The position numbers and the translations under genes were made by a program. 64,000 bases of DNA from Macrostomum lignano (lineage: Eukaryota), in the NCBI GenBank assembly GCA_002269645.1, contig NIVC01000495.1, positions 83,083 to 147,082 on the forward strand. The letters are read 5' to 3'. Below, piece by piece: positions 33,229-44,429 of the stretch (position 1 is the first letter of the stretch; every line of letters begins with the position of its first letter). The notes under the pieces are model-generated. The model was not told where the DNA came from. It ran no database searches and worked only from the letters and a program-made list of their open reading frames with translations.

Positions 33229-35374
33229 GGGCCATATGCAGAAAGCTCTGTCTAGGGTAGTCTGGTCTTGAAAAGCTAGTCTGGACTTGGATTTGGTATG
33301 CAGAAACACAAACCCGTTGGATTTTGAGTTTTTAAAGTAGTCATGAAAGGTGAAGAGTTTTGCACCTTCTGCCTGACTTTCGCCTCTCTTATGCCTATTT
33401 TGTGCCACTTGTGCACCTTTCGTTCACCTGAGTGCCTCTGCAGGGTCAGAAGGTGAATTTAAGGCACGAACTAGGCGGTAGGGGCACAGGTGTCGTAGGG
33501 GAGTTAGGTGCATAAAAGGTGCACAGTGTGCATTATAGGCACAAAAGGTGAACAAAGTAGGAATTGGGGGCATTGGTGGAGTGAAAGGTGAAAAAGGTGC
33601 GCTGCGGTGGAGGTGCATAAAAAGTGTACAGTGTGCAATGGAGGCACGAAAGGTGAATAAAAGGTGCACAGTGGGCACTTTAGGCGTAGAGGCAATGCAA
33701 GGGGCGTTAAAGTTTCAATTGGCGAAGTTCTTTGCTACCTTTTCTCACTATTCGAAATTTTTCGTCACTAATGCAAACCTTTTTATCACTTTTCGGAACT
33801 TTTCCTGAGTATTTGAAAGTCATTAAAACTTATCAGTATAGGAAATGTTTACTTTCGTGGTTTGTCAGGATCAGGAAGGGGATAGCAGCGATTAGTATAG
33901 GTGTAAACAAAGCTTTTCTATGTTCAATCGGTGCATGCAATATACGAGTATGTAACTCTCAGTTAATTTTTTGTTACGAATTCTTAATGCGCTAATTCGT
34001 GCATAGGCATGAAAGGTGAGCGAGGTGCACAGAAGAGGCACTTTAGGGGTATATTTCGAGCGTGTTTTGGAAATGCACCTGTATACATATTTACGCCGCA
34101 CATGTACACCTTATGAACCTCTAATTCACCTTTCGTGCACTTTCTGCGCCCCTTCAGCACCTTTCCTACACCTGCTGTGCCTCACTTGTGAGCCTGCTGT
34201 TCACCTTTTGCGCACCTCCAGTGCCCCTTACGCACCTTTACTGCCCCTACCGCCCCAACCAATCAAAATTAAAAATTCACCTACTGCCTGACCACTTCAC
34301 CGATTTTACACCTTTCATGCCTCTTTTCAAAAATATTGGTGACATTTAGGCATAAAAGGTGCACTCAGGTGCATTTCCAAAACATGCACGAAATGGGCCA
34401 CTAAGGTGCCTCTTTTGTGCACCTCGCTCACCTTTTATGCCTCTGCAGGTGCATAACTTTTCCAACGGGAAAGTTAGACCGATCTACTATAGACAGAACT
34501 AGGGTAGCTAGACCATAGACTATAGACTGAACTACCCAAGTCTGAACTAGCTAGTCTGGACTAAGCTTTCTGCATATGGCTCATTCCATATAAGCATGGT
34601 CGTAACATGACAGGCTATTTTTACTTATAAAATGAAATCTAATAATAGCATTTACTAAACCAATATTTTAAATGAAAGATTATTTTGTCTAGAATATATT
34701 TATAGAGTTTCATATAGATATCATCATTAGTATAGATGCTATTAAACCTTAAATGACACTTATGGTCGTAACGACAGGATTTTTGACATATAGAAACTAA
34801 AAGGTAAAAGTCTTATAACATTTTTCATTTTTGATATTTTGCAAAAAATTTTTTTAATTTGACTAAGAACATCTTTAGAAGTCATACTCTTTAATTAGAA
34901 TATATAAACTCAAAAAGGCAACAAAGATACAAAAGAAAAGGCAGCCTTATGGTCGTAACATTATGGTCGTAACATATTTTTTTCTGTCAATTCAGTAACT
35001 TTGAGGTACTAATACATTAAAAATATAATAGATTATTTGGTCCCCAATGCTTTTATCTGATGATGTAAGTACTATACTTTTATCTATAGTTTGTTTCAAC
35101 CTTCAAAAGCTTTCTATTTGTTTTTAAAAGGTACAAAATCTTAATGATGTCTTTTGCTTCGAAAAATGTCCAAATTTTTACAAAAATGACTTTTTGCCAA
35201 TTGATAACATACTAATCCAACATTTTACCATTCCTTTATTCTTAGATTGTATATATTGCATATAAAAAACATTTGGTAAAATAAAAAAGGCTAATAAGGC
35301 AATGGCAAGCAAAAATATTGACTTTTTCTATTTTCCAAATATGTCCATCTTATATGGAATGAACCATATGGCCC
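33229..35374. mobile_element. Non-autonomous PIF/Harbinger-like element (GGGCC termini, 3-bp AAT TSD); right TIR interrupted by a MITE
   Basis: Left AAT|GGGCCATATGCAGAAAGCT; right AGCTTTCTGCATAT[insert 34578-35365 + ATAT]GGCCC|AAT. Superfamily inferred from termini only. Confidence 0.75.
34578..35365. mobile_element. 788-bp MITE family B, copy 1 (TIR GGCTCATTCCATATAAG, 4-bp TSD ATAT)
   Basis: TIRs at both ends; ATAT duplicated at 34574-34577 and 35366-35369; near-identical to copy 2. Confidence 0.92.
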
Positions 35375-36728
35375 AATGTAAGGTAGATGCAGTAGACTTA
35401 TAACTTAAGTAGTTGTGCAACTCAATTATTATAGTGCATTATTGAAACCATGGCTGGCCTCTTACTAGCAGCTACAACCATTGTTTATCATTGTTTTTAT
35501 TTATATTAATTATAGAATGATTTACTAGACTTTTTACTAGTTGAAAGTTGATCATCAATCTATTGAAACCCATTGTTCTTTCCATAAATATGTTCTACTT
35601 ATACAAAGGGTGTCCAGAAAATAGTGTTACTTTTTCTTGTTGCGGATGTTTGATACAGCTGCATTGACATAAATTTGGTGTAGTTTGAAAGCAACAAGTC
35701 TCTTCTTTGAAATGACTTAAGACATGATAGATTTGAATTTGGATTTTAAGAGGTATATGCATTTAAGTAGAGGGAGATCAGTCATAGACTTACAGAAGAT
35801 CAAATACAACTATACAAGTGTACCTGCTAAAATTAGCATTCTGCTCAATGGTAATCAATATTTTTGCATGCATGAGTTGTTTTATGGTCAAATGTGGCAC
35901 AGTAAAAAGCTTTTTTTGAAAGAATTCAACTAAACCAGTTGGGTCAAAAAATCTTTACTGTTGCTTAATTTTGATCCATTAATTGGCAAATGAACATGCA
36001 TTCAAAGACTAGGAAGCAACATGCCAGCTGATATTCATAAGGCAACTCTGAACTACACATGGCAACTATTCTGTCAGCAAAATGACAATGAACAAGTGGG
36101 TAAATGAGTTCAGGGGTGGAAGAACTGACATGAACTAGAACTAAACTGACTGAAGGTCAGGATACCCTGAGATCCATGCCAGTAGTGGCCTCATCTTGGA
36201 TCCATTCTTGACTTGATTGATAAAGACTACTACCAAAGCATCTGCAAAATCTGTCATACTATTTTATCAGAGAGATAATGAACAGGCAACTGAATGAGTT
36301 CAAGGGTAGAAAAACTAATGTGAGCGACATGCCAGGGTCAGGATACCATGAGATGTGATAGTAGCAGCCTAATAGATTGCATTCTTGACTTGATCATTGA
36401 TCAATGAAGACTGCCACCAAAGCATCTGCAAAATAGCTAATAAACTAGATTATTTAAAGTCCACAGTTTACAAATGTCTGCAGATGATTCATGTCAAGCT
36501 AAGTGCCTATTGGGTTCCCTAATAGCTCACTCACTGAGGATATAAAGCTAGATTGTCTATATAGAAAACTTGTGTCTAATGTTCTATAAGTCTATGACCA
36601 ATCTCCTTTTATTTAAATTAGTGATAGACCAAATGTGGATTTTTGCAAGTTTCTGAAACCGAATCCGAATGTACAAAAAAAATCCGAATTTGAATCCAAA
36701 TGTTTCCGAATGCAAGCAAAAAGTGTAA

Positions 36729-36826
36729 GGTAAACGGTGGGAGTAACTATGACTCTTTTAATTTACGAAAATGTCTTGTCATCTAATTAGTGCGATGTAA
36801 ATTGACTGACAAGATTCCATCTCTCC
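36729..36826 (+). pseudogene. Degenerate 28S rRNA fragment (R2/I-PpoI target region)
   Basis: GGTAAACGGTGGGAGTAACTATGACTCTTTTAATTTACGAAAATGTCTTGTCATCTAATTAGTG vs conserved eukaryotic LSU GGTAAACGGCGGGAGTAACTATGACTCTCTTAAGGTAGCCAAATGCCTCGTCATCTAATTAGTG: 55/64 by manual alignment to the sequence as I recall it. Confidence 0.88.
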
Positions 36827-36845
36827 TGGGCTTATTATTCGTACT

Positions 36846-37631
36846 GGCTCATTCCATATAAGCATGGTCGTAACATGACAGGTTATTTTTACTTATAAAA
36901 TGAAATCTAATAATAGAATATACTAAACCAATATTTTAAATGAAAGATTATTTTGTCTAGAATATATTTATAGAGTTTCATATAGATATCATCATTAGTA
37001 TAGATGCTATTAAACCTTAAATGACACTTATGGTCGTAACGACAGGATTTTTGACATATAGAAACTAAAAGGTAAAAGTCTTATAACATTTTTCATTTTT
37101 GATATTTTGCAATACATTTTTAAAATTTGACTAAGAACATCTTTAGAAATCATACTCTTTTATTAGAATATATAAACTCAAAAGGCAACAAAGATACAAA
37201 AGAAAAGGCAGCCTTATGGTCGTAACATTATGGTCGTAACATATTTTTTTCTGTCAATTCAGTAACTTTGAGGTACTAATACATTAAAAATATAATAGAT
37301 TATTTGGTCACCAATGCTTTTATCTGATGATGCAAGTACTATACTTTTATCTATAGTTTGTTTCAACCTTCAAAAGCTTTCTATTTGTTTTTAAAAGGTA
37401 CAAAATCTTAATGATGTCTTTTGCTTCGAAAAATGTCCAAATTTTTACAAAAATGACTTTTTGCCAATTGATAATATACTAATCCAACATTTTACCATTC
37501 CTTTATTCTTAGATTGTATATATTGCACAATATAAACATTTGGTAAAAAAATAGGCTAATTAGGCAATGGCAAGCAAAAATATTGACTTTTTTCTATTTT
37601 CCAAATATGTCCATCTTATATGGAATGAGCC
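36846..37631. mobile_element. 786-bp MITE family B, copy 2 (4-bp TSD TACT), inside the hAT element
   Basis: TACT|GGCTCATTCCATATAAG ... CTTATATGGAATGAGCC|TACT; direct repeat of 34578-35365. Confidence 0.92.
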
Positions 37632-38876
37632 TACTCGTACTTTTATCTTAGGGGTCGGATGTGATCACAATCGTGAATTCAGGACCATTTTTTCACGATA
37701 GTGATTTTGTTGAAACCTGTTCCAACGGTTGTAAATTTCTGCTTACGTTTTTATTAGAAATATAACTTTTCTACTTGATTTAGCAAAAAACATGAACACG
37801 AATATGTAAAGAATTAATAAATTTTAAATTTGTTGACTTGACAGCATTACGGCCGCAGAGTAGCTATTATCAATATACGAGTATGATTTCTTTTCTTGTT
37901 TGTTATTTTCAACACTTGTAACTTACGAGCTCAATATACATGTATGCTAATATAAATTCACAATCACGATCATGCCTGCTTTGAAAAATTCACGCATGAC
38001 CAAAATCTTCTGCTTGTCCAACCTCACTGATATCTATCGCAAAAACAAATTTAAAGAGACAGACTTAGATAGGAAATTCAGTTCTACTTCTACCATGTTA
38101 CATGAACATCTAATTCTAGTACTACTGACTATAGCTAATGAGTGACATATATATATACAGTCAGTGCAATTATGATAATTTTACTGTACGTACTGTACAT
38201 ACAGTCCATGTGACCCGTGCAGTTGCAATTTTGCATTTTGAAAAAACCTGTTATTACACTTAAACAATAATTATCAAAATATTTCTGTAACTTTAGGTTT
38301 ATTGTCTTACGGGTCCCTAGCTTTAGTAAATTTACTTATTTGACTTTTTTTTAAACATATATTGCTGCAAAAATAGACAATCGTAGAAAAAAAGAATAAC
38401 GTGATAGATTTTGCTCTTTGCCTTTTAAATTTCTTTCTTTTTAGTTTTTAGTTTCTTTATTTAATGGGTTACTTGCATGCTTTGGTTTCTTGATTTGTAA
38501 TATTTATTTTAGATTTTGATTTTAGAAGCACATTCGGAAATATTCAGAAAAAAAATTTCCGAATCCAAAACATTCGGATTCCTATAAAAGTAAGACTTTT
38601 TTTCGGATTTGGATTCCGAATCCGAATATTCGGATCCATCACTAATTTAAATGCACATATCTCTTAAAATACAAATCTAAATCAATTGCAGTTTAAATCA
38701 TTTTTAAAGAGACTTGCCACTTAACATTTTCAAACAATACCAAACTTATATCAATGCAATATATCAAATGTCTGCTACAAGTAAAAGTAACACTCTTTCT
38801 GGACATCCCTTATAGTACTTACTCTTAAATTCCCTATTGGAATAAATGGACAAAATACATCCAACTGTTTACATAC

Positions 38877-39044
38877 ATGCGCAACTTTGGGTATCACCCA
38901 GCCATTTCTATTGGCAACACACACATGTAAGTCTCTATTGGCTAAGAGCAATCGCGTGACTACTATTCCATCCAATAGCAACTTACATGTGTGTGTTGCC
39001 AATAAAAACGGCCGAGTGAATCCCAAGGATTGCGCCCAAGCATG
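38877..39044. mobile_element. Short palindromic MITE family C, copy 1
   Basis: GGGTATCACCCAGCCATTTCTATTGGCAACACACACATGTAAG ... ACATGTGTGTGTTGCCAATAAAAACGGCCGAGTGAATCCC; homologous to 40993-41178. Confidence 0.8.
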
Positions 39045-39131
39045 ACTCTTTGTCATAATTTTGGAATTTTCTAATAGCATATTGCAGCTAGTAAGCTAGA
39101 GTCAAAGCAAATATTGTAAATAGAGTTTTTA

Positions 39132-39195
39132 GGTAAATAGCAAAAGTAACTATGATTGTCTAATTAAGGCTAATTTTTTTGTCATTTAATTAGTG
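39132..39195 (+). pseudogene. Second, heavily C>T/G>A-mutated fragment of the same 28S region
   Basis: GGTAAATAGCAAAAGTAACTATGATTGTCTAATTAAGGCTAATTTTTTTGTCATTTAATTAGTG; anchors GGTAAA, AGTAACTATGA, GTCAT.TAATTAGTG retained at the same spacing. Confidence 0.6.
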
Positions 39196-39919
39196 CTTGT
39201 ACATATATTCAATACTAAAGTTAATATGTTCTGTGCTGTATTTTGTCTTTGAGCTACAATTTTAGGCCCTTTGTTATGTGTTAATAGGTATTCTATACTT
39301 ATTTTAATAGGTTAAATTGCTTAGAAAGTGTAAATTTTAAAGAAAAAAAATAAATATATTAAAATAAAAATACTTATTTATTTAATAGGCACAGCCTACC
39401 ATATTGAATCTGTTATAAATGCTTTTAATATTCTTTACCTTTTAAAAAATTATGAAGCCTAAAGCTATTTAACAATAATAACCTATAAAACCTAGATACG
39501 TAAAGATCTTTCAAAATTAAAATAAATCAAAAGAAAAAGACCCCTAAAAATTAATATTTTAATTATTGTAAAATATAATTAAAAGTGAACTTTATTGAAT
39601 TTTTTAAGCACTTTTATAAATATAAAGTTTCTTATCTTATCTTGTGTGCCTTATCTAATTTTTTAAATAGGCCTAGAAAAGTCAATTTAGAAATTTAATT
39701 TACCATTTATACTATATTATATATAGTATTTATACTTAAATTAAACTAAGCCCAGCATCTATTGACATTCTACTATAGTAAACATGTTACCTAATACATG
39801 CTATGCTAAAAGGGTACAATCTTGAAATACTTGTAACCTGGCCTAGTATTAAAAAATAGCTGAAATTGTATTTTAGTAGACAGTTTGTTTCAAATTTAAA
39901 GGATGATAGTTATACTTAC

Positions 39920-40067
39920 CCTTTTTCAGCTCTTTGTACCACAATTTCCCTACGTGCTTACATTTGTTTTTATTCTGAATTAACCAGCTTGACAAATTCT
40001 GAATGCTTGCTTGGGTACCATTTAGAGATCCAAGCTTCTCTAAAAATGTCTGATCAAACTGATCCAT
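39920..40067 (-). CDS. RPRD1B: RPRD1 exon 1 (CID N-terminus)
   Basis: MDQFDQTFLEKLGSLNGTQASIQNLSSWLIQNKNKCKHVGKLWYKELKK G|gtaagt; matches the CID start (EKKL..L..SQ.S.Q.LS.W) and its phase 1 fits the exon 2 acceptor. Total 410 aa. Confidence 0.88.
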
Positions 40068-40992
40068 AGTACTAACAAGTGATAATTGACAAAAACAGAG
40101 TCTTTAGCAATAAAATGTTGTTCTTGCTCCGCTATACTTTTAATGCAAGTATGCAACAGTCTGATCGTCAGGCTTATATGGCTTGGCTTGGCAAGCGAAG
40201 CGAAGCGGCGCAAGATATATCTTGAAAATTATTTTTAAATCTTTATTCAAACTGGTGCGAAAATAAAATTACGATTGACAAAATCGCGATTTGGCTTCCC
40301 ATTGGCAACTACAATATTAAGCTTGGCTTAAAGCTGTAAAAAGAGCTGTACTTGTGCACATGCGATCGCGAAAAGGCTAGAAAGTTTGTTCATTACTGAC
40401 TGTGAACTGAGCTCGAGCGAGAGCCGTGACTGCATTTCAGCGTTCATCTATTATAAAAAATCACTGTTCCATAGTTTGTTCTCCCAAGCCTTAGTTAAGC
40501 ACTGTTAGCTGGAGAGGACATATTCTAGTCAGTGTGCTTCATCAGGTTAACTGATGCATCGATGCTATGCTGCCGGTCTGCAAGCAGTGGATGCCCTAGT
40601 AGACATTCATGCCTATTGTCCAGCGGAAGAGAAGAACAACTCATCCTCCCCCATCGCCTTATCGGTGAGGGTTGAGTTGCCCACGTCCATTGGTTCGGAT
40701 TCACCCGCTTTTCCTGCCTCCAAAGAGTCTGAAAACCTTGTGGCAGGTGGTGTGTACACCTGGCCGCTTTGCGCCCCCTTCCCTCGGCGACTGGACTGCT
40801 GCTGCTGTTTTCTGTGCTATAGTTGAGCTTGAGGAGACGCTTACAGAGATGTGTGCTCTTCTTTGAGTTGCAGCACTGGAGAATTCACCCGTTCGTCTTC
40901 GTTGACTTGGAGATTTCCACGACGGATGCCTCATAGGGTCAGGTTGAACAGCCGCGGCCATTGTCGATAGTGCGCCACACTACGTCGAGAGC

Positions 40993-41178
40993 AGTTTGGG
41001 CTTGAGGTCCTTGGGAATCACCCGGCCGTTTCTATTGGCAACACACACATGTAAGCCGCTATATTGGCTGAGAACAGTCACGTGGCTTCTATTCTGTCCA
41101 ATAGCGACATACATATACACTGTATGTGTGTTGCCAATAGAAACGGTTGGGTGAATCCCTAGGCTGCGCCCAAGCATG
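40993..41178. mobile_element. Short palindromic MITE family C, copy 2
   Basis: GGGAATCACCCGGCCGTTTCTATTGGCAACACACACATGTAAG ... GTATGTGTGTTGCCAATAGAAACGGTTGGGTGAATCCC. Confidence 0.8.
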
Positions 41179-43271
41179 CTCGCCGAGAATCATCACAGCG
41201 GGTTGGAGCGACATACACTTCACCTTAGAGGCGTATGTCTCGTAGGTCGTCTCAAGGACCACTGTAGTCCTTGGGTTGTCTTTGAAATTCTTTGTCTTTT
41301 GGTCGTGGGTTGTTCGCATGGTAGCCCCCTGGAGAGTTCGAGGACACCGTGCCTCCTGACGGCCCAGCCGCGTCTCCAGCCTCAGCCTCCAGCCTCGGAG
41401 GTTTGCGAAGGCCTCAACCGTGGCCTGCTGGCCTTCCGCAGATGCAACAACGCAAACTTCTCCTGCCGCTTAAGGTTGCGGCGGATGTTGCGCTATCGTC
41501 GAACTTTAGCCGTGCGCCGATGTTTGGACTTGCGCTCAAGGTTGTCGGCGGTAGGCCCTCCAGTTGAGCCCAGGTTGGGCTGGGTTCGAGCTGCTGGTGC
41601 AGGTAGCATCTGAAGCGGCTGAGTACCGATGGAGACCATATCAGTTTTATTTGAATTGACAGAAAGCCAATAGCTGAAAGCGGGAGTGGAGCTACTCGTT
41701 ATGCGAGTTGAGTACCCAACTGACCAACTCCCAAGCCAATAGCCAGTTAACAAAATGACAGCTATAGCGACAGGACTACTCTCCGGCCTTCCAGCCCCAT
41801 CGGCACTGTCAAACACTTAGGCTTTAGAGGGTGAGCTAGTCAGTATATCCAACTTTGGCTGTAGCCACTGGATGGGTCGCTGGCTTCAAGGCTAGTAATT
41901 TGAGAGGCCTAGGTCGACATGCGAGACAGCGTAGGGGGATCTGAGGCTTGTAGACCTGCAGTCTTTACCCGCAGAATAGAGGGACAGGCGTGAAGCATCG
42001 CAGATCATGGCTCGAAAGACGATAGATACATGCAGTCTGTCTCATACTTCACTGACATGCTGAATACGCCTTCGCGAGCTAGACGGAGAGAACTCGAAAG
42101 CATGATGTAGAGCAGAACGCTCTGGTTGGTTGGGAAAAGCTGGATGTTCATTAATTGTTGAGACAGGAGTCAGCTATAAGGTAACCTCTAAGGCCAGAAC
42201 AGTTTCTCGATACGATCGTCACCGGTGTGCTGAGGCTACGAGCGCTCGTACTGTCTTCCTGTTGATACAAAAAAAACTACGAACGTATATACTGAGAAAT
42301 CCATGCGATTAGCTAGGGTAGTAGCCTTCTACAGGTACTTTAGCCGCAGCAGCATTAGTTGATTAGTACATGCAGTTCGAGTGTACATCTATTTCCATTC
42401 AGTTATAATTTTATAATCAAAATAAATGCCGATTGCAGAGAGCATGCTATTTAAGTTCCGTCATCGAGAACTTAATCTGCATTCGTGATCACTTGCAGTC
42501 GCAAAAGAGGGACTGCGCGGCCACCTACAGTTTGTGCAGAGTTGATTATGCAATGGGAGCAAGATTTTTCGAAAAATTGATGATTGCTAGCCACAAATTT
42601 TACTGGCCGAGTACTTTTATGGGATAAAAGCTGAGTGAATTATCGACCGTCACTCCCACAGAAAGCGGCTTATCTCTGAGATCAGGGCTTCAAGTTCTCG
42701 GAGCTTCAAAATGTATCTGCCGCGCTCAAAGAAAATGGTAATACGAGTACAATACTTCGAGCACTCTAGCCGTACTCAAGTTCAGCTTTGCATGCAGGCT
42801 TGATGACGATGTGCTGACATGAAATTTATGGCTGGTGCTTGTGACTGAATAGTTTCAGTATAGATTCTCCAATGTTGGGAAATTCGCTTTCTTGCCTATA
42901 AACTTTAAGCAATAGAAGACTGTTAAAACCAATTTGGAAGCTGCATGGACTATGGGCGATCCTTAAGGATTCAGCTTATTAATTGTATAAAAATCTCTAC
43001 TCTTAAGACGCAACGATTTTCTACTGTCAGATAATGCAGTGCTGAATCTTCCATTGGCCAAAGAAGCTCAGCTAAATCCTCATTGGCTCTGTGGGGAATA
43101 TTTAGAGAAGAGAGTTGCTTTAGCCACATCGATATTCCATTAGGGTTTACAGAATCTTGAAAAAGAAAACTGCCTTTTGGCACTGTCTTTTGCATCATAA
43201 TAAAAATACAGTTTGCAGTGAATTTTTAGCCCACATTCGAACCCTAGCATTCAACAGTATAACCTGCTGTA

Positions 43272-44429
43272 ATGACTCACACTAGTTCTCAAAAACCAAC
43301 GCAAGCTGCATTTCTGCACCGTTGCGTGTCGTTGAATGACCGTCACAGCACGCAGGTGTTTACTTTCATTCTGCCGCCACACCTGCTCAAGGGATACCTA
43401 CCAGAGTGCAGTTCGAAAGACTTTGTCTACGCCTACCAAAAGTGGCGCGTGGTGTTCACCAGGGACGATCGGCACCTGGGCTGCTTCCTGGAGCTTCGGA
43501 GTCCTGCCGAGCGGACTGAAGTACGCCTCGATTTCAGCTTCACTGTACTCAACCGGAACCACTTTACGGGTAACGAGACCTATCAGGAGAAGGGCATGGT
43601 GTTTGGCCCGTCCTGCATTCAGCTGGGCCGAGCCACCTGCCTGTGCGTGGCTGATCTGGAGCAGAGAGGCTTCATGTTCCCGGATGGCCGCGCATTGGTC
43701 GAGGTTGAGCTGCGCAGTGCGAGCACCGAGTTCAAGGAGGAAATTCTTCCTTCGCTCAGGGATGTCAGGGGCCAGCTAGATGCCGAAAGCATTGAGAGTT
43801 CCTATTTTACCTTCGCCAGCTGTGACTGGAACATGGTCGTCAATGTCCGCGAGCCTGACGGATGCGGCCGCCTGCAACCCTGCCAACCCAGCCTTCTCAT
43901 GCAAAGGCACAACAGCTTTGATCACCTGTGCCGCATCCGTTACCGGGCCAGTTTTCAGGCTGGTGGCTACATCTTCCACACGGAGGTCATCGACCAGCTG
44001 CTGGACGCCAAAGGCTACGGCCCAGCCCAGTCAATCGGTCAAGCAGCAGCTGGTTTATTCGCAAGTCTCAGCCCCCGAACCCCTCTGCGGCTGAGCATCT
44101 CCTTGCTGTCCGTGTGGCCAGTAACCCCGGTGGATCTGATTCCTACCAGCAGAAATAAGAGCGCGGCCAGATGCTATGACACTGACAAGCAGCAGTGGGT
44201 GGTAGAGAGCGACATTCTCGGTCGACAGCTTAGGCTGCGCTTGTTCTACAGCGACGTCAAGAATGTGCCGCGACATTTTGCTCGTCTGGTCAGCTGGAAC
44301 GCCTGCGTGGTGCCTGCAGACAAGAGCAGGCCGCCTGTCTCTGCTCTTAACGGACCTTTCACGGGATATTACTCGCAGAAGGATGGGGACGGCGGCTTTG
44401 AGGTCGAGGTGGAGGTGCCGGTTGAGGAG
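43272..44429 (+). CDS. Uncharacterised tandem MATH/TRAF-like domain protein with C-terminal coiled coil: exon 1
   Basis: 386-codon ORF with MATH-like beta-sandwich pattern (SKDFVYAYQKWRVVF...HLGCFLEL...DFSFTVLN...GF...VEVEL; second ESSYFTFASCDWNMVV; third QQWVVES..LRLRLFY); ends at GAG|gtaagt. Confidence 0.85.

Larger units (their letters stand above)
36619..38644. mobile_element. Non-autonomous hAT element (8-bp TSD ATTTAAAT) inserted in the mariner right TIR
   Basis: ATTTAAAT|TAGTGATAGACC ... GGATCCATCACTA|ATTTAAAT; subterminal CCGAAT/ATTCGG repeats at both ends; no transposase ORF. Confidence 0.88.
35604..38812 (+). mobile_element. Decayed mariner (Tc1/mariner) element with long TIRs; hosts an hAT insertion
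   Basis: TA|CAAAGGGTGTCCAG... left end pairs with ...GGACATCCCTTA|TA right end over ~200 diverged bp. Internal remnants KMTMNKWVNEFRGGRTDM and EFKGRKTNVSDMPGSG (~36080-36350) resemble the mariner HTH (F..GRT...D..RSGRP). Confidence 0.78.

Noticed and set aside
34598-34975. GGTCGTAAC motif resembling the SSU rRNA 3' GTCGTAAC sequence
   Set aside because: Only 8-9 bp, repeated as an internal MITE motif, with no flanking rRNA similarity.
40550-41820. GC-rich ORF-like stretch on the minus strand (includes ESEPMDVG and a basic RRTAKVRR segment)
   Set aside because: Broken by stops and a MITE, and I could not recognise a domain or consistent splice sites. It may be a decayed TE; needs TBLASTX.
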